Of a stretch of 64,000 nt of DNA, positions 37,748 through 46,096 are shown piece after piece. The notes under the pieces were generated by a model. It had not been told where the DNA came from. It ran no database searches and saw only the letters and a program-made list of their open reading frames with translations. Location of the stretch: positions 25,824-89,823 of the forward strand of contig JAQUPG010000002.1 of NCBI GenBank assembly GCA_028716725.1, written 5' to 3'. Every line of letters begins with the position of its first letter. Positions within the stretch are counted from its first letter, which is position 1. The translations under genes were made by a program, and so were the position numbers. This DNA is from Patescibacteria group bacterium. GTDB lineage: Bacteria > Patescibacteriota > Patescibacteriia > Patescibacteriales > JAQTRU01.

Positions 37748-37857
37748 GGCCCTGGTGGCCCGCCTCCGTCCCGAGCGTCGGGACTTCGGCGAGGCAAGCG
37801 GAACTGGCATGCCTCGCTGAAACCGGGCTTCAGCTCGGCGAGGCCGGTAAACGCGCA
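37748..37857 (+). other. GC-rich structured element whose first 11 nt (gccctggtggc) and an internal gcggaactgg match the 5' end of the downstream tRNA-Leu. Candidate tRNA remnant, leader or small RNA.
   Basis: ~110 nt at ~68% GC in a ~40% GC genome. Internal hairpin cgaggca...tgcctcg and direct repeat tcggcgagg. Lies between the consensus promoter and tRNA-Leu. Confidence 0.4.
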
Positions 37858-37880
37858 CAATTAATTTAAAATACATTATA

Positions 37881-37964
37881 AGCCCTGGTGGCGGAACTGG
37901 TAGACGCGCACGACTCAAAATCGTGTGGACGCAAGTCCATGAGAGTTCGATTCTCTCCCTGGGC
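37881..37964 (+). tRNA. tRNA-Leu (anticodon CAA), type II with long variable arm, no encoded CCA
   Basis: Anticodon stem-loop cacga-ctCAAaa-tcgtg, variable arm tggacgcaagtcca, T-arm gagag-ttcgatt-ctctc, acceptor gccctgg/cctgggc with one T-T mismatch. Confidence 0.8.
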
Positions 37965-38068
37965 ACGGATAATTTAAGATTTCAGATTCTAGAATTCAGA
38001 ATAAAAACAAACACAAAATCACAAGCCAAAACCAAGGGGGGGGTATTGGCTTTTTTGTTCATTGAGAA

Positions 38069-39442
38069 TTGAATCAAACCAAGATAGACAAAAACATTTT
38101 AACGGGAGGTACGGAAATGATTAAAAGATTTACACTGCCGGAAATGGGATCTTTGTGGACCGATCTTCACAAGAAAACCATGTGGTTCAAAGCTGAATTA
38201 GCGGGATTGTGGGCGAAAGCCAAGCATGGTGATTTTTCCATGGAAATCTATAATCTCGCCAGGAAAGTAAAAATCACGGAAGGCGTACTCGCTAGAGCTG
38301 ATGAAATCGAAAAAAAAGGAGACCATGATCTCATCGCGTTTGTTTTAGCAGTCACTGAACTGCTGAACGACCTGGTTAAGCCCTTTTTTCACACCGGCTT
38401 TACTTCATTTGATATTGAAGACACTGCCCTCGCTCTGATATTGCGTGATTGCCTTTCAATCATTCTGACAAAACTGAGGCGCCTCAGAAGTGTTTTGCTG
38501 GCGAGAGCTATTGAACATCGCTATACTCTGCAAATCGGCCGAACACATTTTATCCATGCTGAGCCGATAACTTTCGGATTCAAACTCTTGGGATGGGTTG
38601 ATGTGCTTGACCGTCATATCATAAGGCTTGAATCCTTACGTAAAGAAATCGCAATCGGCAAATTTTCCGGAGCCGTAGGTATGTATACTCTTGACCCGGA
38701 AATCGAGCGTTTGGCATGCAAACACCTCAGACTCCGGCCGGCAATGATTTCCACACAAATTATCAGCCGCGACATACTTGGTCATTATGCGGCTACTCTA
38801 GCGGGAATAGCTAACTCACTTGATCGCTTTGCGACTGAAATTAGACATCTCGCCGGCACGGATATCAGCGAAGTTGCCGAATTTAAGAGACCAGGGGCTA
38901 AGGGCTCTTCCGCAATGCCTGGAAAAAGTATGCTCCGCAACCCGATCAAAAGCGAGAATACTTGCGGGCTGGCAAGAGTCTCTAGAGGATACCTCATTCC
39001 TGCTTTCGAATGTGAGGTAACCTGGGGCGAAAGAACTCTCGAGAACTCGGCCGCTGAGCGCGTCTACCTCCCTGATTTGAGCATTACATTGGATTTTATG
39101 CTCAATCGTTTTGCCGAAGTTATGGAAAAACTCGAAGTCTTTCCTGCGCAAATGGAAAGAAATATTTGGCGAACAGGCGGTATTGTGTTCTCGCAACGTG
39201 TTATGATCAAACTCACCGAAAAGGGAATGCATCGCGATCAGGCATACGATCTGCTTGAAGCGCTCGCCTTGTCCGTTGAACGTGGCACTTTTACAACCGC
39301 AAATGGCGAATCTTTTAAAGATCTCGCATATGCAAATAACTCTATCGCGGGATTGTTATCTTGCGAGGAGTTAGACGAATGCTTTGATCCGAAATCGGCC
39401 CTGAAGCACATTGACGAAATCTTCTCAAGATTCGCAGTATAA
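38069..39442 (+). CDS. purB: adenylosuccinate lyase
   Basis: RFTLPEMGSLWTD, GRTHFIHAEPITFG and GSSAMPGK...RNPI...EN fumarate-lyase signature. Colinear with Bacillus PurB. GC ~46%. Confidence 0.85.
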   Translation: MNQTKIDKNILTGGTEMIKRFTLPEMGSLWTDLHKKTMWFKAELAGLWAKAKHGDFSMEIYNLARKVKITEGVLARADEIEKKGDHDLIAFVLAVTELLNDLVKPFFHTGFTSFDIEDTALALILRDCLSIILTKLRRLRSVLLARAIEHRYTLQIGRTHFIHAEPITFGFKLLGWVDVLDRHIIRLESLRKEIAIGKFSGAVGMYTLDPEIERLACKHLRLRPAMISTQIISRDILGHYAATLAGIANSLDRFATEIRHLAGTDISEVAEFKRPGAKGSSAMPGKSMLRNPIKSENTCGLARVSRGYLIPAFECEVTWGERTLENSAAERVYLPDLSITLDFMLNRFAEVMEKLEVFPAQMERNIWRTGGIVFSQRVMIKLTEKGMHRDQAYDLLEALALSVERGTFTTANGESFKDLAYANNSIAGLLSCEELDECFDPKSALKHIDEIFSRFAV

Positions 39443-39510
39443 ACACAATTCTGGAATTTTCGAGCGGCCTCCGACTTATCGGAAGCCGCTTTTTTTATTT
39501 CCTAAACAAT

Positions 39511-39546
39511 CCCCTCTCCTGGCTAGGAGAGGGGCAGGGGTGAGGT
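39511..39546. repeat. GC-rich palindromic repeat (cccctctcct-ggct-aggagagggg-caggggtgaggt)
   Basis: Third member of the subfamily seen at 4812 and 9737. Confidence 0.55.
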
Positions 39547-39701
39547 AGTTGCTTTTTTATAAAAAGTCTGATAAAGTAAAGAAAGAAAAAACACATAAAA
39601 TAAACTAACTAAGGAGGTTAGTTTTTTGTTCCTTAGAATTAAATAATTCACTATAAGTACAACTGGAAAAATTAACAGTCTAACCGAGAGGCAGGAAAAC
39701 C

Positions 39702-40238
39702 ATGGAACAAGAACGGGTTTTAGTTATCGAAGGCAGCGAAAGCGACAACCCGAAAACCAATGAATTTCTGAAAATTCTGGAAGCATGTAACGTAAAATAT
39801 CATGCTCTCGTCGCATCCGCCCATGTGCATGCCGGTCAGGATTTCTTCAATTTTGTCGCAAGCCTTCCGGAAAGATTCATAGTCTTTATCGGAGGCATGT
39901 CCCTGGTGGCGCCAGGAATAATTTCCAGAACGCGCTACAATATGGGCAGATATGATACCATGGTTTTCGGGGTACCAACTGATCCCGAGGCTCGAAGTGC
40001 AGTTGAGGTTCTACCCCAAGGAACATTTGTGCTTACTTCAGGGCTGAACACCGTTAGTCCTACACATGGCATTCAGAACAATGCTCTGGCAGTCGCCCAC
40101 TTCGTTTTTATAGTCACGGGCGATACGGACATTGGCGAAGGGCTCACAGCCTGGTATAAAAACATGAAGGAGAAAAAACCGATTAAAAAGTTTGAACTGG
40201 ATAAAGATGGTCTTATCCCTGAAAAAGAAAAGAAGTAA
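39702..40238 (+). CDS. PurE-like (AIR carboxylase / N5-CAIR mutase fold) protein with a divergent active site
   Basis: GSESD, SAHV (canonical SAHR) and IGGMSLVAPG (canonical AGGAAHLPG). PurE fold with altered catalytic residues. Confidence 0.55.
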   Translation: MEQERVLVIEGSESDNPKTNEFLKILEACNVKYHALVASAHVHAGQDFFNFVASLPERFIVFIGGMSLVAPGIISRTRYNMGRYDTMVFGVPTDPEARSAVEVLPQGTFVLTSGLNTVSPTHGIQNNALAVAHFVFIVTGDTDIGEGLTAWYKNMKEKKPIKKFELDKDGLIPEKEKK

Positions 40239-40310
40239 AACTACCCATCACCAGAACCCTTGCCGAAGCTTTAAAAGCGGCTTAAGGGCAAAACCTGAAA
40301 GGAGTAAATC

Positions 40311-41210
40311 ATGGAACTGGCACCCGTACTGCTTCGAACTGACATCCCGGTTCTACAAAATCCGGGCAGAGGAAAGGTCCGCGATATTTACGATCTGGGC
40401 GGCCACCTTCTGATTGTCACCACGGACCGCATCAGTGCCTTTGACTGCATTCTGCCCACCGGCATTCCGGGTAAAGGCGGAGTTCTCAATACCATGTCGG
40501 CTTTCTGGTTCGAATTCGTGAAAGATATCGTCCCCAGCCATCTCGTTACCACAGACATCCACGGCTTCGCGAAAAAATTCTCGCCGGAACTTGTACCTTT
40601 TCTCGACCAGCTCAAAGGCCGGTCAATGATCGTCCGCAAAGCCCAACGCATTGATGTGGAATGCATCGTGCGCGGCTATCTTTCCGGAAGCGGCTGGAAA
40701 GAATATAAAAAGAGCGGAACCGTCTGCGGTATTCCCCTCCCAGCCGGCCTGGTCGAATCGGACCGGCTTCCTCAGGCCATTTTTACCCCTTCCACCAAGG
40801 CCGAAAACGGGCATGATGAAAATGTCAGCTTCGACATCGTCGTCAAGATGATCGGCCAGCCGCTGGCGGAGAAAATCCGCGACCTCTCGCTCGCCGTGTA
40901 CGAAAAGGCACGGGCCTATGCCGAAACCAAGGGCATTATCATTGCCGATACAAAATTCGAATTCGGGGAGGTGGACGGCCAGACAATTCTGATCGACGAA
41001 ATTCTCTCCCCGGATTCATCGCGGTTCTGGCCGAAAGCGCTTTACCGTCCGGGCGGCCCGCAGATGTCGTTCGACAAGCAATATGTTCGCGACTGGCTCG
41101 AAGCCGTCGGCTGGAATAAAGAGCAGGATACGGCGCCCGAATTGCCGCCCGAAATCGTCGCCAAGACCACGGAGAAATACCAGGAAGCTCTCAAACTCCT
41201 TGTGCCATAG
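40311..41210 (+). CDS. purC: phosphoribosylaminoimidazole-succinocarboxamide synthase (SAICAR synthetase)
   Basis: [16 protein letters not shown] and IPGKGGVLN...SAFWF motifs. GC ~55%, far above background. Confidence 0.9.
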   Translation: MELAPVLLRTDIPVLQNPGRGKVRDIYDLGGHLLIVTTDRISAFDCILPTGIPGKGGVLNTMSAFWFEFVKDIVPSHLVTTDIHGFAKKFSPELVPFLDQLKGRSMIVRKAQRIDVECIVRGYLSGSGWKEYKKSGTVCGIPLPAGLVESDRLPQAIFTPSTKAENGHDENVSFDIVVKMIGQPLAEKIRDLSLAVYEKARAYAETKGIIIADTKFEFGEVDGQTILIDEILSPDSSRFWPKALYRPGGPQMSFDKQYVRDWLEAVGWNKEQDTAPELPPEIVAKTTEKYQEALKLLVP

Positions 41211-41230
41211 GAGGATAATTTTACAAAAAC

Positions 41231-41266
41231 AAAGCACCGAATCTACGGAAACGGTGCTTTTTTATT
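41231..41266 (+). terminator. rho-independent terminator after purC
   Basis: agcaccg-N12-cggtgct followed by TTTTTT. Confidence 0.7.
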
Positions 41267-41321
41267 TTATAAAATTCTTCTATTTCTAAATACTAAATAC
41301 TATATACTAGATACTCATTCC

Positions 41322-43610
41322 CTACTTTTCCAGCTCCTCTACCTTTTTCTTAATTTCCGCGTTATTCGGATTTAACTCCAAGACTTTTTTAAAATATTCT
41401 AAAGCTAATTTGTCTTCGCCTTTTAATTCTAAAGCCAAGCCAATACTGTAAAGGGCGTTAGAGTGAACCGGATTAATTTCAATCACTTTCAAAAATTTGT
41501 CTAAAGCTTTATCAGTTTCTCCCTGGTTATAATATAATCTCCCCTGCTCATAATAAATTCGCTCGTCTTTATAAATCTTGCCTAGCTGGTCTAAAATCCC
41601 CAAGGCCTCATTGGTTTTTCCCTGCTTGCCATAAAGCTGGGCCAGGGCGAAATCAGCTTCATGATAATTATTTTTAAGTTCCAGCGCCTTCTTCAGGGAT
41701 TGCTCGGCTTCGTCCAGTTGACCGGCATCCAAATAAGCCTTGCCTAATTCCGTTATAATTACCGGATTGGACGGCTCCAGGGAAGAAGCCTGGTTAAAAG
41801 ATTTAGCCGCCCAAATTTCACTGCCCTGAGTAAAGGATCCTATGTCGCGGTAAACCATACCTAAGGTTTCCCAGGCAGCCACGGCCCTAGGAGAAATTCT
41901 GGTCGCTTCCTTGGCCCAGGCCACACTGCTGTTAATCGACTTCTGGATTAATTCGTCATCCCTAAAATCAGCCGGCTTTAAAGCTTCACTCCTTATTTTA
42001 TTAAGGTAAGTTTTAGCTAAACGGATATCATAATCGCCTTGATAAGAATTTAGCCGGGCGGATTTAATTAAATTAGTTTCGCCTCCGGCCCGGGCGTAAA
42101 AATCAGCCAGCCAGTAGCGGATGGTAAAGCCGGCTAAAACGAGCCAGGCGGAAAAAAAGAAAAACGCTCCAATCTCAAGTATCTTAAAAAAAAATTTTTC
42201 TCCTTCTAATTTTATCTCTTTAAATACCAGCCAGCCCGGATAAACCCGCCAGGAAACCATTAAAAGGGCCAGCATCAGCCAAAACAAGAATAAGGTGGAA
42301 GTGCTGGCATAATAGGAAAACTGGAAAAAGATTAAAACTAAAAGCGCCACCAGCAAAAAGGAAGCCGGGCCGCTTTCCTCTTCTCCGCTCCCCCTTTTTA
42401 AAAAAATAAAAATTAAATAAAAAAGGGATGATAAGATAAGAAGATAACTTAAAATTCCCAGGATTCCTATAGTCCCAAGCATCTCCAGGATAGAGGAAGC
42501 GCCATGGTCAAACCTGAACTGCCAAAGGTCCGTGTTGTTTAAACTATCCGGGCGATACAGGGAAAAAATATAGGAAAACGTCCCGGGTCCGCTGCCTAAT
42601 ATTATGTTTTCCTTAAAGGCCGGAAAGATAACGGAGGCGGTGTCTTTAAAGCCAAGATTTATTTCCGGGGAAAGGTCCTGACCGGTTAGATATTTGCCCA
42701 TTCCGCTTAAACGAGCGGGGAAAATTAAAAACGCCGCGGCTAAAATGATAAAAAGAGAAAAAAATAAAACCTTTCTCTTATTTAACCCGCCAACCTTAAA
42801 TCCGGCGTTCCTTAATTCCAAAAAAATAAACAGGCAGCCGACGATTGCCAGCCCCTGCCAGGCCAAGGAAAAATTTACTATTACCAAAAAAATCAAGGAA
42901 AAAAATAAAATTATTCTAAACAGCCAGATGCTTGCCCCGTTAGAAATAACGCCCCCACTGGAATTTCTAACGGGGCTTGCCTTTTTGGCCCCGTCCCGGC
43001 GGCAGCAAAATATTATTCCCGGCAGCACCGCCATCATCACAACGCTGTAAAGCGCCAGCATCTCCAGGGAGCCACCAAGAAAATTAAAGTTTAAGGAAAA
43101 GAAAGTATTTGTTTTCTGGAGCAGCTTGTCCCATAATCCAAAAACGGAAAGAAAGGCGGAAAGAAGAATTAAGACATAAGAATAAAGCAACAATTTCAAT
43201 AAAGAAAGAGGAGTTAGGCGCCCGTCCGCATTGGCTAAATTAACAATTAAAAAATAAAAAATGGCCAAAGCCAGAAGGCCGAACCAGGCGTTGCCAGCCG
43301 CGCCGGAATAACCGAAAAAAGAAGCCAACCGGTCCTGGCTGAAAATACTGGACAACAGGGTAAAAATTAAAAAAGTCAGAATCGGAATATCAAGGGGCGT
43401 ACGCTTAAATATTATTTTCTTCTCAAATTTAACCATCTTCACCAGCCATAAAACCGCGGCCAGAATCCCCGCCAGCCAGAGCAGAGCCTGCTTGTTAAAT
43501 TCAAAAAATTCCAGCGTCCAAGGCAAAAAAAACAAAGGTAAAAAGAAGACCAAACCCTTTACTAAATAAATAACCAAATTGTTTAAAATAACGTCAAAAC
43601 GATTGGACAT
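41322..43610 (-). CDS. large polytopic membrane protein, O-antigen ligase-like plus C-terminal TPR repeats
   Basis: 762 aa with the same architecture as 18806..21319 (TM block, then TPR-like AYLDAGQLDEAE..., ALEYFKKVLELNP...). Confidence 0.5.
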   Translation of the reverse strand: MSNRFDVILNNLVIYLVKGLVFFLPLFFLPWTLEFFEFNKQALLWLAGILAAVLWLVKMVKFEKKIIFKRTPLDIPILTFLIFTLLSSIFSQDRLASFFGYSGAAGNAWFGLLALAIFYFLIVNLANADGRLTPLSLLKLLLYSYVLILLSAFLSVFGLWDKLLQKTNTFFSLNFNFLGGSLEMLALYSVVMMAVLPGIIFCCRRDGAKKASPVRNSSGGVISNGASIWLFRIILFFSLIFLVIVNFSLAWQGLAIVGCLFIFLELRNAGFKVGGLNKRKVLFFSLFIILAAAFLIFPARLSGMGKYLTGQDLSPEINLGFKDTASVIFPAFKENIILGSGPGTFSYIFSLYRPDSLNNTDLWQFRFDHGASSILEMLGTIGILGILSYLLILSSLFYLIFIFLKRGSGEEESGPASFLLVALLVLIFFQFSYYASTSTLFLFWLMLALLMVSWRVYPGWLVFKEIKLEGEKFFFKILEIGAFFFFSAWLVLAGFTIRYWLADFYARAGGETNLIKSARLNSYQGDYDIRLAKTYLNKIRSEALKPADFRDDELIQKSINSSVAWAKEATRISPRAVAAWETLGMVYRDIGSFTQGSEIWAAKSFNQASSLEPSNPVIITELGKAYLDAGQLDEAEQSLKKALELKNNYHEADFALAQLYGKQGKTNEALGILDQLGKIYKDERIYYEQGRLYYNQGETDKALDKFLKVIEINPVHSNALYSIGLALELKGEDKLALEYFKKVLELNPNNAEIKKKVEELEK

Positions 43611-43631
43611 ATCTAAAAAATATTTTTTATT

Positions 43632-44684
43632 TTAAACTTCTCTCCCCTCCCCCGCTTTTTTCCCCTCAAACATGTCTTTCAGGAAAACGCCGACGGCGGT
43701 CGCAACCGGAAGGGACAAAATCGCCCCGATAATACCGGCGACTTTAAAGCCAACCAATAAAACCACGATGCTGACAATCGGGTTTAAGCCCACTACCTTC
43801 TGCATCAACTTCGGCACAATAATGTGGTTTTCCATCATTTGGATAATATAATAAAGGGCCAATGTAAATAAAGCGAGCATGGGCGACTGGGTAAAAGCTA
43901 AAAATATGGCCGGGATAGACGCCAAAATCGGCCCCAAATAAGGAATAAATTCGGTCAGTCCGGCGATTAAAGCCAAAGTTAAAGCATAATTTACTCCCAA
44001 GATAGAAAGCCCTAGAAATGTTAAGGCAAATATTATCAAGGAAAGGATTAATTGGCCGCGCAGCCAAAGCCCGATTTTTCTCTGCATCCGGCTGATTAGC
44101 TGCATAATATAGGGCTGATATTCTTCCGGTGCTAACGACCAGATAATCTTCTTCATCGCGCTTTCTTCAACCACCATATAAAAAGTCATGACTAAAATCA
44201 GGAAAAAAGAAAGAACGCCACCTACGATTCCGGAAACAGTCGAAAAGACTCCGCCGGCCGCCCTTTCTAGATTAGCGCTAAAAGTGCCCAAACTGTCTTT
44301 AATATTATCCAAAACGCCGTGCTGGCTGGCATATTCCTTAAAGGCGGAAGCTCCGGAAATTATTTTCTCCAGATAGTGAGGGAAAGTTACTGATAATTCT
44401 CTAACCTGGCTGATAATCGGCGGAATGATAAGATAAAAAGCGGCGCTGACAATAACAAACAGAGTAAAATAAATTAAAATTATGCCTATCCCGCGGGGTA
44501 TTTTTTTCTTATGCATCCAATCAATCCACGGCTCGAGGGCGCTGGCCAGTATCAAAGAGATGAAAATAATAACCAAAATCTCCCTTACCAGATAGAGAAA
44601 GTAAAGCGCCAACAATATTAAAATAGCTTTTACGATGGTTACCGTAGAAATACTAATATTAATTGGCCTTTTGCTTATTTCCAT
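43632..44684 (-). CDS. AI-2E family transporter (PerM/UPF0118-like)
   Basis: 350 aa, 7-8 TMs with the family's characteristic spacing and a C-terminal cytoplasmic tail. Confidence 0.65.
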   Translation of the reverse strand: MEISKRPINISISTVTIVKAILILLALYFLYLVREILVIIFISLILASALEPWIDWMHKKKIPRGIGIILIYFTLFVIVSAAFYLIIPPIISQVRELSVTFPHYLEKIISGASAFKEYASQHGVLDNIKDSLGTFSANLERAAGGVFSTVSGIVGGVLSFFLILVMTFYMVVEESAMKKIIWSLAPEEYQPYIMQLISRMQRKIGLWLRGQLILSLIIFALTFLGLSILGVNYALTLALIAGLTEFIPYLGPILASIPAIFLAFTQSPMLALFTLALYYIIQMMENHIIVPKLMQKVVGLNPIVSIVVLLVGFKVAGIIGAILSLPVATAVGVFLKDMFEGKKAGEGREV

Positions 44685-44744
44685 ACGGATATTAATTAAT
44701 TTTAGAGATGATTATATTATAAAGCATATTGCGTAATAACACAA

Positions 44745-44773
44745 TTGACGCCTGAATATTTAGGTGATATTAT
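44745..44773 (+). promoter_or_regulatory. sigma-70-like promoter (TTGACG-17-TATTAT) upstream of lysC
   Basis: Hexamers and spacing read directly. Confidence 0.4.
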
Positions 44774-44819
44774 TTTATAACGCTCTTTAGACAAAAAACC
44801 TTTACTATAGGAGGGACTC

Positions 44820-46043
44820 ATGTCTCTAATCGTGCAAAAGTGCGGCGGCACTTCGGTGGCTACTCCGGAAAAAATCGGAAAAGTGGCGGACCATATAAGG
44901 CGCTGCCGGGAAAACGGAAATGATATCGTTGTTGTTGTTTCGGCTATGGGAGAAGAAACCGACAGGCTTATTGATCTGGCCAAAGGAATAAGCCCAAATC
45001 CTGACGAACGGGAAATGGACCAACTTCTGCAAACCGGAGAGGTGGTTTCAGCCGCCTTGCTGGCCATGGCTCTTAACGGTAAGGGGACGCCGGCTAAAAG
45101 TTTAACCGCGGCCCAGATTGGCCTTGTCGCTGCCGGCGAGTTCGGAAAGGCAAGGATAAAATCCTTAAAAAACCGGGCACTCATAAGAAACCAGTTAAAA
45201 CAGGGAAAAGTAGTCATTATCGCCGGATTTCAGGGTATCTCCGAAAAAGGCCTAGACATAATTACTTTAGGCCGGGGCGGATCCGACACTACGGCCGTGG
45301 CTTTAGCCGCTTTCCTGAAGGCCAAGGTCTGTGAAATCTATACGGACGTTGACGGCGTTTATACAATTGATCCGCGTTTAGTGCCTAACGCCCGCCGTTT
45401 TGACATAGTCTCCTACGAGCAAATGATTGCTATGTCTGTGGCCGGAGCTGGCGTGCTAATGGACAGGGCTGTTATATTGGCCAAGATGTATGGCGTGAAG
45501 ATCAGAGTGCTAGTTTCCCCCAGTATTAAGGAAAGCACTGGCGGCACTTTAGTTACCGCTACCAGCGGCAACATCTCTGATCTGGAAAAAACCGCCGACC
45601 AAAGCGGAATAGCTATAAAAAAAGAGGTTGGCTGTATCCATGTCTTTGGCATCCCCGATGAGCCTGGAAAAGCCGCGGAAATTTCCTCCCCCCTTGAAAA
45701 AATAAATGTAATTGACATTGCCCAAAGCCGAGGAGCGGGAACTGCGCAAATTTCTTTTCTCCTGGACGTGGCAACGGCAGAAAAAGTTTTCCCGAACATG
45801 GAGAAAATGGGGGGAGCAGAAACCGCCTTGCGCCAAGGACTTGTAGCTATCTCTCTTGTCGATCTGGCCATGAAAGAAACGGCTAACTATTTCCGGAGAA
45901 TTGCCAAGGTGCTGGGAGATAACGGCATAAACATTGAATTCATCTCCACTAGCCAGACCGGAATCACGATGGCGATTTCTGACAAATACCTGAACAAGGC
46001 TGCTCAAGCTTTAGCCCGAGAATTTGACCTTTTGTCGTCTTGA
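44820..46043 (+). CDS. lysC: aspartate kinase
   Basis: VQKCGGTSVATPEKI, VVVVSAMG, C-terminal ACT domains. GC ~50%. Lone plus-strand gene. Confidence 0.85.
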   Translation: MSLIVQKCGGTSVATPEKIGKVADHIRRCRENGNDIVVVVSAMGEETDRLIDLAKGISPNPDEREMDQLLQTGEVVSAALLAMALNGKGTPAKSLTAAQIGLVAAGEFGKARIKSLKNRALIRNQLKQGKVVIIAGFQGISEKGLDIITLGRGGSDTTAVALAAFLKAKVCEIYTDVDGVYTIDPRLVPNARRFDIVSYEQMIAMSVAGAGVLMDRAVILAKMYGVKIRVLVSPSIKESTGGTLVTATSGNISDLEKTADQSGIAIKKEVGCIHVFGIPDEPGKAAEISSPLEKINVIDIAQSRGAGTAQISFLLDVATAEKVFPNMEKMGGAETALRQGLVAISLVDLAMKETANYFRRIAKVLGDNGINIEFISTSQTGITMAISDKYLNKAAQALAREFDLLSS

Positions 46044-46048
46044 TACAA

Positions 46049-46085
46049 TAGCCCACCCGCTTTTAACCGGTGGGCTATTTTTTAT
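46049..46085. terminator. bidirectional hairpin terminator between convergent lysC and thrS
   Basis: agcccacc-N11-ggtgggct plus T-run. Confidence 0.7.
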
Positions 46086-46096
46086 TTTTAAAATTT

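Noticed and set aside
37748-37857. SRP (4.5S) RNA as the identity of the GC-rich element upstream of tRNA-Leu
   Set aside because: The conserved domain IV features (GGAA-type tetraloop with the flanking AGCAG / GNAR symmetric loop) are absent.
37739-37966. 75-aa minus-strand ORF and 73-aa plus-strand ORF covering 37648..37966
   Set aside because: They overlap the tRNA-Leu gene and the GC-rich structured element. Arg/Pro-rich translations are typical of GC-rich non-coding DNA.
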